Assembly: GCA_046726415.1 (NCBI GenBank)
Contig: JBKPAK010000277.1
Location: forward strand, 1-25,664
Direction of reading: 5' to 3'
Length of the DNA stretch: 25,664 nucleotides
From: Candidatus Methylomirabilota bacterium
Lineage (GTDB): Bacteria; Methylomirabilota; Methylomirabilia; Rokubacteriales; CSP1-6
Shown here in pieces: positions 8,688 to 19,529 of this stretch. Positions within the stretch are counted from its first letter, which is position 1, and each line of letters opens with the position of its first letter. The notes beneath the pieces are model-generated. The model was not told where the DNA came from, did no database searches, and worked only from the letters and a program-made list of their open reading frames with translations. A program made the translations under genes and the position numbers.

Positions 8688-9574
8688 AGTTCGGCGCGGT
8701 GCTCCCGATCTGGCAGCTCACGGTGGCCGAGGCCGAGGCGCTGGCGGTGCGCGCGGAGGACCTCGGGCTCGACGGCATCTTCGTTCCCGATCACATCCTG
8801 GCCAAGCCCGCGACGACCCAGCACTACGGGGCACATTGGCCCGACCCCTTTGCCCTCCTGGCCTTCCTGGCCGGGCGCACGCGGCGCATCCATCTGGGAG
8901 CCAGCGTGATCGTGTTGCCGTACCGGAACGCGCTGGTGACAGCAAAATCCGCCGCCACCGTGGATCAGGCCTCGGGCGGCCGCTTCATCTTCGGGGTCGG
9001 CGTCGGCTGGGATCGGGAGGAGTTCGTCGATCTCGCGCTCCCGTTCCACCAGCGAGGTCGCATGAGCGATGACTACATCCGGGCCATCAAGGCGGCGTGG
9101 GCCAGCGACATCCCCGAGTACAAGGGCCAGTTCCTCAGCTTCTCGGGGGCCACGTTCTCGCCCCGCCCGCTGCAGCGCCCGAATCCGCCGATCTGGGTCG
9201 GCGCCTCACCGGGGGCGCCATCCCAGGGCGCTCTGCGCCGCTGTGCGGAACTGGGCGACGCCTGGCACCCCCTGGCGCTCAGCCTCGACGATCTGGAGAA
9301 GGGCTTCGCGACGATCCGCGAGATGGCCAGCCGGCTGGGGCGGCGCCCCGGGCCCGGGCTGGCGCCGCGCAACCCGCTCGACCTGACGGACCGCCCGAAG
9401 GGCAGCGGGCGGGCGGCGTTTCAGGGCTCCCCCGAGGAGGTGGCTGCCGACGTGCGGCGCGCGCACGCCCTGGGCGCCGAATGGATGACGTTCGACCTGC
9501 CCCGCGCTGACGTGCGGGCGATGGTGCGAGCGATGGAGCGCCTCGTACGAGAGGTGAAGCCCGCGGCGCCGTAG
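8684..9574 (+). CDS. LLM-class (luciferase-like) flavin/F420-dependent oxidoreductase
   Basis: AEDLGLDGIFVPDH, DPFALLAFLAG.T.RI.LG.SV.VLPYR, DQASGGRFIFGVGVGW, P.P.Q.P.PPIWVG and GDAWHP. ATGA overlap with the decarboxylase, with RBS GAGGAG. Confidence 0.92.
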   Translation: MKFGAVLPIWQLTVAEAEALAVRAEDLGLDGIFVPDHILAKPATTQHYGAHWPDPFALLAFLAGRTRRIHLGASVIVLPYRNALVTAKSAATVDQASGGRFIFGVGVGWDREEFVDLALPFHQRGRMSDDYIRAIKAAWASDIPEYKGQFLSFSGATFSPRPLQRPNPPIWVGASPGAPSQGALRRCAELGDAWHPLALSLDDLEKGFATIREMASRLGRRPGPGLAPRNPLDLTDRPKGSGRAAFQGSPEEVAADVRRAHALGAEWMTFDLPRADVRAMVRAMERLVREVKPAAP

Positions 9575-9610
9575 CCGCTCCGAAGGTGACGATCGCTCGT
9601 GACGTCGTAC

Positions 9611-9836
9611 CCAGTCGAGATCCACGGCTGACAGCACATCATCGGCCACCAGTGTATGGAGATCGATCAGCAGCGGATTAACGGCATGCCGAGAAGCACT
9701 GATACGGCGAGTCGCCGTAGCCGTAGGTCCCGGCGGTAATACCTGCCAGGCGCTAGCGGGCGCGCGCGAGGAAGGTCACGAACTGACGTGCCCCGGACCG
9801 AGATCCCCGCATGATCCACGGTCCGCGAGGCAGAGC
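9611..9836 (-). pseudogene. malQ: Degraded N-terminal remnant of 4-alpha-glucanotransferase (amylomaltase, GH77)
   Basis: Read across several frameshifts, the minus strand gives approximately GDLGP-ARQFVTFLARAR*R-WQVLPPGPT-YGDSPYQCFSA-AVNPLLIDLHTLV. This matches the MalQ N-terminal signature WQVLPLGPTGYGDSPYQ.FSAFAGNP.LI.L. There is an in-frame TAG at 9753-9755. Confidence 0.8.
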
Positions 9837-9902
9837 CACCGTCGAGGCGCGGTCTGGTCGAGGACTCTTTCGGGGTCCATTCACGCCGCATGGCGGCGCT
9901 AG

Positions 9903-11336
9903 CTAGACGCCGTTCTCTCTCGGGGTGCCCGCTCGGCCCTGGCTCTCTGAGGAGCTCGCAGCGGCGACCGGCTCGGTGACGATGGCGCAGAGCGCGGCCG
10001 CCACCGCTAGGGAGATGCCCCCGATGAACACGGCGGTGAGCCGGTTGTCGCCGCCCAGGAGTTGCACCAGCGCGCTCTCGTTGGTGAGGAGCCTCTCCAA
10101 GATCGTGCCGAAGGCGAGCGCGGCCAGGATTTCCGGGATGACGATGAAGAAATTGAAGATGCCCATGTAGATGCCGGTTTTCCCGGGCGGAAGAGCGCCG
10201 GCCAGGATGGAGTAGGGCATGGAGAGGATGCTGGCCCACGCGACGCCCACGCCCACCATGGACAGGAGCAGGAGGTACTTCTGGCTGATGAAGGCCACCG
10301 AGAGCAGGCCAATGGCTCCCATGAGCAGGCACAGGCCGTGGGTGAACGTGCGTCCTAGCCGCCCGGCTACGGCCGGAAGTGCGAACGAGAAGGCGAAGCA
10401 CACCGCCGAGTAGGCGGCGAAGCAGTTGCCGCCCCAGGCGATCCCCTGCTCGTAAGCCGGAGTCCCGGGCGTGCCGCCGAAGATGTTCCTGGCCACGGCC
10501 ACACTGAAGTAGAGCCACATGCAGAAGAGGCCCAGCCAGGTGAAGATCTGTACCCAGGCGAGGCGCCGCATGGTCTGCGGCATGGCCATCATGTCGTGGA
10601 GGATTTCGGCGGCCGCGGCGCCGATGCCGGCCTTCTCCGCCTTCAGCTTCTCGAAGGCCTCCACGTCGTCAGGCGGGTACTCTTTCGTCGTGAAGATGGT
10701 CCAGAGCACGGCGGCGAGGAAGGCGAACGCGCCCAAGTAAAAGGCGAGCTTCACCGCAAAGGGGATGGTCTTTCCCGCCTCCGCGGCGCCGCCGACATGA
10801 AAGACGTTGTGCAGCAGCCAGGGGAGCATAGAGGCCACGACTGCGCCCAGGCCGATGAAGAGGGCCTGCATGGCAAAACCGCTCGTGCGCTGCTCGGGGG
10901 GTAAGAGGTCGGAGACGAAAGCGCGGAAGGGTTCCATGCTGATGTTGATGGAGGCGTCCATCACCCAGAGCAGCCCGGCCGCCATCCACAGAGCCGACGA
11001 GTTAGGCATGGCGACGAGCGCGAGGGAGGCGAGCAGAGCGCCCGCCAGGAAGTAGGGGCGGCGCCGGCCGAGCCGGTTCCAGGTGCGGTCACTCATGTGG
11101 CCGATGATTGGCTGGACGACCAGCCCGGTCAGCGGCGCGGCGAGCCAGAGGATGGGGATCTGATGAGCGTCGGCGCCGAGATACTCGTAGATGGCGCTCA
11201 TGTTGGCCATCTGCAACGCCCAGCCGAATTGGATGCCCAGGAAGCCGAAGCTCATGTTCCAGATCTGCCAGAAGCTCAGATGCGGTTTCTCGCTGGTTCC
11301 GGCGCTTCTGCTCGAGAGCGGGCATCCTCCAGCCAT
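9903..11336 (-). CDS. MFS sugar transporter, maltose/sucrose (MalT/MalY-like, SLC45/GPH-related)
   Basis: [73 protein letters not shown] and [14 protein letters not shown]. About 12 TM helices. RBS AGGAGG precedes ATG 11336. Confidence 0.9.
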   Translation of the reverse strand: MAGGCPLSSRSAGTSEKPHLSFWQIWNMSFGFLGIQFGWALQMANMSAIYEYLGADAHQIPILWLAAPLTGLVVQPIIGHMSDRTWNRLGRRRPYFLAGALLASLALVAMPNSSALWMAAGLLWVMDASINISMEPFRAFVSDLLPPEQRTSGFAMQALFIGLGAVVASMLPWLLHNVFHVGGAAEAGKTIPFAVKLAFYLGAFAFLAAVLWTIFTTKEYPPDDVEAFEKLKAEKAGIGAAAAEILHDMMAMPQTMRRLAWVQIFTWLGLFCMWLYFSVAVARNIFGGTPGTPAYEQGIAWGGNCFAAYSAVCFAFSFALPAVAGRLGRTFTHGLCLLMGAIGLLSVAFISQKYLLLLSMVGVGVAWASILSMPYSILAGALPPGKTGIYMGIFNFFIVIPEILAALAFGTILERLLTNESALVQLLGGDNRLTAVFIGGISLAVAAALCAIVTEPVAAASSSESQGRAGTPRENGV

Positions 11337-11355
11337 CCTCGGAACCTCCTCGAGA

Positions 11356-13563
11356 CTACTCGATGAGCAGGACCTGCCCCTCGTGGGGATCAAGGGCGAG
11401 CTGGAGGCGTCCGCCCTCGTCCAGCGTGCCGAGCGCCTTCCCCGCGAGGAGGTCCCGCACGGTGCGGCCGGGTGGCGCTGTCTTGATGGCCACCGTCTCG
11501 CGGACGGCATTGCGGCCGAAGTTAAGGGCGGTCACCTGCATCTCTTTGCCGGCCGGGAGCCGGTGGACCATAACGACCAGACCCCTGGCCTTCACCGGCG
11601 GGACATCGATCTGCTCGCTCTCGTGGATGCGGTACTCGTCGCGCACACGCAGTATGTTCTTGAGTTGCGAGGCGAACGACCCGGGGCTCTTGAGCTGCTC
11701 GGGCAGCGCGCCGTAGAGCGTCTGCGTGCGCGGCAGGTCGGCGCTCGACTTGGCCGCCCCCGGGTTCTTGCCGAGCAGATCGTAGGAGCCCCGATTGATC
11801 CAGCGCGTGTCCCCATCGGCGAGCAGAGTCTTCACGGAGTCGGCCGGGAGGGTCAGGGCGCCCACGAGATCCCAGCCGGACAGGGCAAAGACGCCCGGCT
11901 GCATGGCGTTGTACAGCGCCACGAGCAGGTGGGCGCGCTGGATGGCGCGCCGTTCTCCATCGGTAAGGCGGCTGATGTCGCGGATGCCGAGGGCGGCGGC
12001 GGCAACGGTGGCAGTGGTGCAGGAGACGCCGTTGGCGGCCTTGAGGTTGTAGGGCGCGGCCGGGCCGATGAGGCGGTCGTGCATCTCTGCGCGAATCAGC
12101 TCGCGGAGCTCGCTCCCCTTCATCTTCTTGCCGCGGAAGGTGAAGGTGGCGTCCTTGTGGCGGCTCCAGAAGTGCACCAGTTCGAGCGTGAGCTCGTCAT
12201 GGTTCTGGAGTGCGTGGATGAGCCCCCCCGGATCGATGTGGTAAATCCTCTGGAGCCCGAGCATGAGATGCAAAAACTCGGCATCGCCGGTAGCGAGTGC
12301 GTGGTGGTAGCCGGGGCGCGTCACGAAGTCGTAGGAGAGATCGGCGCCACCCAGGGACATGGCCTTGATGTCCTCGAGTGTAAGGTTGAGCTCCTGAAAG
12401 GTGAAGCCACCGAGCTTGCGCACCAGGCCGGCGATGAGCTGGTTGGAGGTGACCGAGAGCGGGTGCCCCTCGGACCAGGCGCGGCCGCCGTTCGGACCGA
12501 CCTCGATGCCGAGGAACCCATTGGCGTCGAGCCGGAGCATGCTCTCGCCCAGAGTGTCGAGGGAGTGGAGCGCATCCCCCATCACCAGCCGCTGCGCGGC
12601 GAAGGTGGGATCTAGCCAGTTGAAGGTGGGCTGCCCGTCCTTGAAGTAGTGGAGGTAGACCCAGCGGCGGGTCTTCCCGTCGGCGCCGGCGACCGCGTCG
12701 GTGGCCGACCAGTCGGTCTCCTTGACGTTCTTCTCGTAGAAGATGGTGCGCGGGAGCTGGCCCACGATGTAACCGAGCGCCTTGAGCCGGTCGACCGCAT
12801 CGGGCTTGAGGTTGACCGAATCCTTGCCGGCCGGTACAGGCGGGAGCACGCTCCAGTCCTTCGGCTCGATCTCGACCATGTGGTAGAGGCCCGGATAGTC
12901 GGCGTAGCCTCGCTCGGCGAGGCGGAAGTCGGCCCCTTTGCCGCTGTGACCGGGAATGATGTCGCCGATGACTACGGCGCCGTTCTCGCGCGCGTGCCGG
13001 ACCACGGACGTGTACTCCTGCTCGGTGCCGAAGCTGGGATCGATCTCCGTGCTGATGCGATCGAAGTTGCCGTCGACGCTCGGCGTGTACTCGCGCCCGC
13101 TGATGCCCCCGGAGCGCTTCATCGGGCCGGTGTGGATCCCCTTCACACCGATCTCACGGAAGATGCTCCAGAGCTCCGGGTCACCCAGGCTACGCAACAC
13201 CGACTCGCCCGGCCGGGTGATGTGGGAGGCCGGATAGGCGGTGAACCACACCGAGGCCAGCGCCGAAGCGGCGCGAGGCCGGGGGTTGGCGTAGGGATGC
13301 TGCCAGAGCTTCCCCTGGCCCGAGTACCGCCGCGCCGCCAGCTCCGCCTGGTGGAGCATCGAGCGCTCCACCAGCCAGCGGATATAGGTATCGCCCGAGA
13401 CGGCATCCGGGGCCGCAGGCGCCGGCGCCGCTCCAGCGGGCGCAGCGACGCGGGCCGGGAGGGGGGCGGCTCGGTTAGCGGTGGTTGCCGGCTGGCACGC
13501 CAGCCCGAGCGCGCCGAGAAGCGTGGCCAGGGCCAGAAGGATGGCGCGGGACTGGGTTGTCAT
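11356..13563 (-). CDS. treS: Maltose alpha-D-glucosyltransferase (trehalose synthase, Pseudomonas stutzeri type, GH13) with N-terminal lipoprotein signal peptide
   Basis: [44 protein letters not shown] and catalytic motifs LRLDANG / FQELN / [20 protein letters not shown] precedes ATG 13563. The N-terminus is [23 protein letters not shown] followed by an Ala/Pro linker. Confidence 0.9.
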   Translation of the reverse strand: MTTQSRAILLALATLLGALGLACQPATTANRAAPLPARVAAPAGAAPAPAAPDAVSGDTYIRWLVERSMLHQAELAARRYSGQGKLWQHPYANPRPRAASALASVWFTAYPASHITRPGESVLRSLGDPELWSIFREIGVKGIHTGPMKRSGGISGREYTPSVDGNFDRISTEIDPSFGTEQEYTSVVRHARENGAVVIGDIIPGHSGKGADFRLAERGYADYPGLYHMVEIEPKDWSVLPPVPAGKDSVNLKPDAVDRLKALGYIVGQLPRTIFYEKNVKETDWSATDAVAGADGKTRRWVYLHYFKDGQPTFNWLDPTFAAQRLVMGDALHSLDTLGESMLRLDANGFLGIEVGPNGGRAWSEGHPLSVTSNQLIAGLVRKLGGFTFQELNLTLEDIKAMSLGGADLSYDFVTRPGYHHALATGDAEFLHLMLGLQRIYHIDPGGLIHALQNHDELTLELVHFWSRHKDATFTFRGKKMKGSELRELIRAEMHDRLIGPAAPYNLKAANGVSCTTATVAAAALGIRDISRLTDGERRAIQRAHLLVALYNAMQPGVFALSGWDLVGALTLPADSVKTLLADGDTRWINRGSYDLLGKNPGAAKSSADLPRTQTLYGALPEQLKSPGSFASQLKNILRVRDEYRIHESEQIDVPPVKARGLVVMVHRLPAGKEMQVTALNFGRNAVRETVAIKTAPPGRTVRDLLAGKALGTLDEGGRLQLALDPHEGQVLLIE

Positions 13564-13654
13564 CAGCCCCTCTCCCAATGCCCGCCGACGTTCGTCGCAC
13601 GACGGGGCCCCGGGGCGCCTTCGGTCCTCCGCCATTCGACGTCTCGTCGAGAGT

Positions 13655-14743
13655 TCAGCTCACCTGGAAGCGTTTGATGACCGCCTGATCGAAGGTCAGC
13701 CCCAGCCCTGGCTTCTTCGGCACCACGAGCTCCCCGCGCTCCAGCGCCGGCGTTTCCTCGAAGAGGCGCAGCGACCACGGCATGTATTCCACCGTCAAGC
13801 CGTTGGGAATGGCCGCCACCAGGTGCACGTGGATCTCTGGCACGAGGTGGCTCACCACGGGCAAGTTGAACGCCTCGGCCATGCCGGCCACCTTCATCCA
13901 CTGCGTGATGCCCCCCACCCGCAACAGGTCGATCATGGCGATGTCGATCGAGCGCGCCTCCAGCAGATGGCGGAAGGGCACGATGCCGTAGTGGTACTCG
14001 CCGGCGGCGATGGGTGCGGTGAGCGCGTCGGCGATGCGGGCGAGGCCGGGGTAGTCGTCGTGCGCGACGGGGTCCTCCAGCCAGAAGAGGTGGTAGGGCT
14101 CGATGCGCCGGCCCACCTCGATGGCCTGGTTGACGTTCCAGAGCTGGTTGATGTCGCACATCAGATCGACGTCCGGGCCGATCGCCTCGCGCATGACGCG
14201 TACGCGCTCGACGGAGGCCGCCACGGTGGGCTCGCTGCCGCACTGCATCTTCATCTGGCGGAAGCCCATGTCTCTCAGGCGCGGCCCCGCCTTGGCCAGG
14301 TAGTCCACTGGGTGTGGGCGCATCAGGGCTCCGCTGGCGTAGGTGGCCACGCGGTCCCGCAACCCTCCGAGCAAGGCGCACACCGACTGGCCGACGGCCT
14401 TGCCCTTGAGGTCCCAGCACGCCATGTCGATGGCCGACAGCGCGAGCGAGAAGATGCCGCCGGGGCCAGAGCCGCCAGCGGCGCGCCGGAGCTTCGCCGC
14501 GATGGCTTCGACCTGAGTGGGATCGTCGCCGACGAGGAGCCGCGCGAGCGCATCGACAGCGGCCTTGAGGGCCGGGGTGAGGGCACCGCCGAAGAAGGTG
14601 AGACCGAGGCCCACGAGGCCTTGGTCGGTGCCCAGCTCGAGCGTCACGAACTCCCGCGTATCGGTGGGGACGGGCAGGCCGACAACGAGCGGGTTGTCGG
14701 CGGGGGTGCTGAGCACGCGCGTGGTGACGTGAGTGATCTTCAT
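13655..14743 (-). CDS. Mandelate racemase/muconate lactonizing enzyme family protein (probable acid-sugar dehydratase)
   Basis: [15 protein letters not shown]...LLGG, metal ligands D(MCDIN), E(WLEDP) and E(AGEY), plus DLLRVGG, VVSH, EYMPW and PGLG. Confidence 0.92.
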   Translation of the reverse strand: MKITHVTTRVLSTPADNPLVVGLPVPTDTREFVTLELGTDQGLVGLGLTFFGGALTPALKAAVDALARLLVGDDPTQVEAIAAKLRRAAGGSGPGGIFSLALSAIDMACWDLKGKAVGQSVCALLGGLRDRVATYASGALMRPHPVDYLAKAGPRLRDMGFRQMKMQCGSEPTVAASVERVRVMREAIGPDVDLMCDINQLWNVNQAIEVGRRIEPYHLFWLEDPVAHDDYPGLARIADALTAPIAAGEYHYGIVPFRHLLEARSIDIAMIDLLRVGGITQWMKVAGMAEAFNLPVVSHLVPEIHVHLVAAIPNGLTVEYMPWSLRLFEETPALERGELVVPKKPGLGLTFDQAVIKRFQVS

Positions 14744-14760
14744 CGATCCGGTCCTCCGCG

Positions 14761-16191
14761 TTATTTCTTCCGGGTCTGCTTCAAGGCCTCGCCGAGCGTC
14801 ATGCCAAAGCCGCCGCCCTTGCTGGAGGCATCGCGCAGGTAGGCCTGCGTCTCCCGCTGCTCCTCCTCGAGCAGGGCCTTGGCGCGCGAGAGGCGGATGC
14901 GCCGGCCGCCTTCCTCGATGGCGAGCACGATGACTTTGACTTCGGTGCCCGGCGGAAACTCCCTGCGGTAGTCGGCGCTGCGGGAGACTCCCATCTCGGC
15001 GCTGGGAACGAGGCCGAGCTGGCCGGGACCCAGCCGCACGAAAACCCCAAACGGCTCGATTCGCTCAACCGTCCCGGTGATCGCGGACCCCACGGTCAAG
15101 GTCGACTCCACCTCTTCGCCGGGAGACGAGCCTTCCGGCGCCGGCGCCAGGGCGATCCGGCGTCGCTCGACGTCGATGCTCAGCAGCATGACCGCCAGCT
15201 CGGCTCTGGTCTCCGCGGCCTCCTTCATCGCCGCCTGCCGGCTGCGCGGAATCTCGGTCATGTGCACCAGCCCGTCGACTCCCGGCAGCACTTCGACGAA
15301 CAGGCCGAACTCCGTCATGCGGACGACGCGCCCGCGGACAACCTGGCGTTCGCGCAGCCGCCCGGGCACCGCGGCCCAGGGATCGCCCTCCAGCGCTTTC
15401 AGGCTCAGCGAGATCCTCTTCTTCGCGTCGTCCACTTTCAGCACCTTGACGGTGACCGCCTCACCGAGGCGCAGCCGCTCCGTCGGCCGCAACGCCCGAG
15501 AATGGGAAATCTCGGAAAGGGGCACGAGCCCCTGCACCCCGCCGAGATCGATGAACGCCCCGAAGTCGGGGAGCGAGGCCACCGTGCCGGCCAGCACCGC
15601 TCCTGGAGTGATCTTCTTCCACGTCTCCTCGGCGACTTTGGCGGCATGCGCCTCGAGGAGCTGACGCCGGGACAGGACGATGTTTCGGCCGCGTTCGCCG
15701 TACTTGGAAATGCGGAAGTCGAGCACGCGGCCCAGCAGCTCCTCCGGGGTCTCGACTCTGCGGACGTCCATCTGAGAGAAGGGGCAGAACGCCCGCAACC
15801 CTCCCACCGTGACCTCGTAGCCGCCCTTGATCACGGCGGTGACCTTGCCCTCCACGGGGACTCCGGTGTCGGCCGCCATCTCCAGCGCTTGTCGGGCCCG
15901 CACGCCCTTCAGGAGCTTGTACGACAGCCGCACTTCCTCGTCCGTCGCCACCACCGTCGCTTCGATCTCGTCGCCCACCGTCACCCGCAGCCCGCCCTGG
16001 TCGTCTTGCAGCTCGGCGCGGTCGATCAGCGCCTCGCCCTTGCCGTGGACGTCCACGAAGATCGTCTCCGCGCCGATCTGGATCACCCGCCCCTTCACGA
16101 GCTGACCGACCTCCAGGGCCGGCCCGGCTCCTTCGCGGGCGAACAGCGCGGCAAAGTCCTCCTGGCCCGATGCGTCGTGCTCTTGGCTCAT
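14761..16191 (-). CDS. S1 RNA-binding-domain protein (ribosomal protein bS1-like, five S1 domains; probably a paralog)
   Basis: Five OB-fold repeats (VKGRVIQI, VEGKVTAVIKGG..AFCPFSQM, GTVASL.DFGAFIDLGG, GRVVRMTEFGLFVE, GTVERIEPFGVFV). N-terminal DFAALF and C-terminal TLGEAL, as in bS1. RBS AGGAG. Confidence 0.88.
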   Translation of the reverse strand: MSQEHDASGQEDFAALFAREGAGPALEVGQLVKGRVIQIGAETIFVDVHGKGEALIDRAELQDDQGGLRVTVGDEIEATVVATDEEVRLSYKLLKGVRARQALEMAADTGVPVEGKVTAVIKGGYEVTVGGLRAFCPFSQMDVRRVETPEELLGRVLDFRISKYGERGRNIVLSRRQLLEAHAAKVAEETWKKITPGAVLAGTVASLPDFGAFIDLGGVQGLVPLSEISHSRALRPTERLRLGEAVTVKVLKVDDAKKRISLSLKALEGDPWAAVPGRLRERQVVRGRVVRMTEFGLFVEVLPGVDGLVHMTEIPRSRQAAMKEAAETRAELAVMLLSIDVERRRIALAPAPEGSSPGEEVESTLTVGSAITGTVERIEPFGVFVRLGPGQLGLVPSAEMGVSRSADYRREFPPGTEVKVIVLAIEEGGRRIRLSRAKALLEEEQRETQAYLRDASSKGGGFGMTLGEALKQTRKK

Positions 16192-16229
16192 CGCTCTCCT
16201 CTCAGCTCACCCCGCCGGTCAGGGACCCC

Positions 16230-16258
16230 CTGTCAACATCGCCCAGACGCGGTAGACT
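16230..16258 (+). promoter_or_regulatory. Possible sigma70-type promoter for leuA
   Basis: CTGTCA-N17-TAGACT in the divergent intergenic region. Confidence 0.3.
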
Positions 16259-16334
16259 AGCGAGTCGGGCCCGATGGCCTGGCCGCCCTGAACGCGCAGA
16301 GGATTGGAAGCTAGTATGAACTCAACCGACATGA

Positions 16335-18065
<1,731 letters not shown>

Positions 18066-18107
18066 CCCGCACCGCGCGCTGTTGGCGCGGCGGGAGGATG
18101 AGAGGGC

Positions 18108-18557
18108 GTGGGCCCACCGGTTGTCATCACGGCCGGCAACCGCGGCGAGATGATCTCGGCCCAGTTCGACCGATTCGCCAGGGTGGGCGACGGTCTCATC
18201 ACGACGTATGTCCATGCCGAGGAGTGCCGCGTGGTGCGCGAAGCGGCGGAAAAGGCCCTCACCCATCATGGCCGGGCGGCCTCCGACTTTCCGATCGGCG
18301 TCTACACAACGGTCCGGCTCGACGACGATGCGCGCACGGCGGAGCGCGTGACCACCGAATTCCTCGGGGCGTATTACGGCGGCGGCGTGCACCGGCCCGG
18401 CACCATGGGGCTGGGGCCGGCGGACGCGGTGCGCGACGCCCTCGGCCGTTACGCCACCGTCGGCGTCACCGATCTCTGCGTCCGCTTCGCCGGCGACGAT
18501 CAGCTCTCGCAACTCGAGCGGTTCATCACCGAGGTCTGGCCTGCCCTGCGCGGCTGA
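18108..18557 (+). pseudogene. C-terminal half of an LLM-class oxidoreductase (N-terminus missing)
   Basis: Starts at GPPVVITAG...RFARVGDG, the mid-protein PP.W.AG/GDG region of LLM enzymes, and ends G.ADAV...Y...GVTD....QLERFITEVWP. An in-frame TGA at 18099 lies directly upstream, leaving no room for the N-terminal half. Confidence 0.7.
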
Positions 18558-18582
18558 CGCGAGGGCGAAGGAGATCCCAGAA

Positions 18583-19484
18583 ATGCCCACGACGGTTCGT
18601 TTCGATGTGGCGGCGCCGTACGACGTCGATGAGATAGACGCCGCGTTCGCCAGCGCCGACGGCCGCGAGTTGCTGGCTCGTATCTATCGGCCAAAGGGAG
18701 AGCCGGCGGCTCCGTTGGGCGCCCTGGTCGACGTGCACGGCGGCGCCTGGACGCGTGGCGATCGGACGACCGACGTCCTCCATTGCCGCGCGCTGGCGGC
18801 CTGTGGTCTCGTCGTCGTCTCGCTGGATTTCCGCCAGGGTCCGGACCACCGGCACCCGGCGGCCAGCGCCGACGTGGCGGCGGGCGTGCGGTACGCCCGC
18901 GCGCACGCGCGCCGGCTCGGCGTCGACCCCGGCCGGATCGGGCTCGTGGGCAGCTCGAGCGGGGGTCAACTCGTCCTGCTGCTGGCCGTCAGGCCCGGCG
19001 CTCCGGAACACGCCGGCACGCGCATCGTGCTCCCGGACGGCTCCCTCGGCGCCCCGAGCGGGGACGACGCCGTCGCGTTCGTGCTGGCGCTCTATCCGGT
19101 CGCGGATCCATTGGCGCGGTACCGGTATGTGCTCAGTCGGCAGAACGAGCCGTCATCCCCCGCGGCTTCAATGCGGCCGGGCTCATCGCCGCTCACCACG
19201 GCTACTTCCCGAACGAGGAGGCGATGGCGGCGGTAAGCGTGACGCGAATCGTCGCGTCCGGTGAGGCCCGGGCGCTCCCGCCAGCCTGGGTTGCCCAGCC
19301 CGAGCTGGATGACAACGTACCGGCCCCGATCACGGAGGCGCTGGTCAGTGCCTATCGCGCGGCCGGAGGTTCGATCGACCACGCGTATTTCCCGGGTGCC
19401 CGCCACACATTCATCGTCAAGCCCAGTCCCGACACCGACAAGGCGCTCGCACTGATGCGCGACTTCATCGGCCGCCAGCTGTGA
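18583..19484 (+). pseudogene. Alpha/beta hydrolase (HSL/family IV esterase-like) split by a single frameshift
   Basis: The first frame holds VHGGAW, SLDFR and the nucleophile GSSSGG. The frame of ORF 18783..19484 holds ELDDNVP and FPGARHTF (Asp/His). One extra C in the C5 run at 19157-19161 would join them. It could be an intact gene with a sequencing error. Confidence 0.8.
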
Positions 19485-19529
19485 TGCGAGACCCCGAAGG
19501 GCCGGCCGTCATAAGATCGGGCCGGCGTT

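Noticed and set aside
13564..13635. Longer TreS start at 13635 (MAEDRRRPG...), including a possible Tat RR motif
   Set aside because: It has no RBS and no Tat consensus (S/T-R-R-x-F-L). ATG 13563 has a strong RBS and gives a normal-length signal peptide.
16231..16236. Perfect TTGACA on the minus strand pointing to the S1 gene
   Set aside because: There is no plausible -10 element at 16-18 bp spacing.
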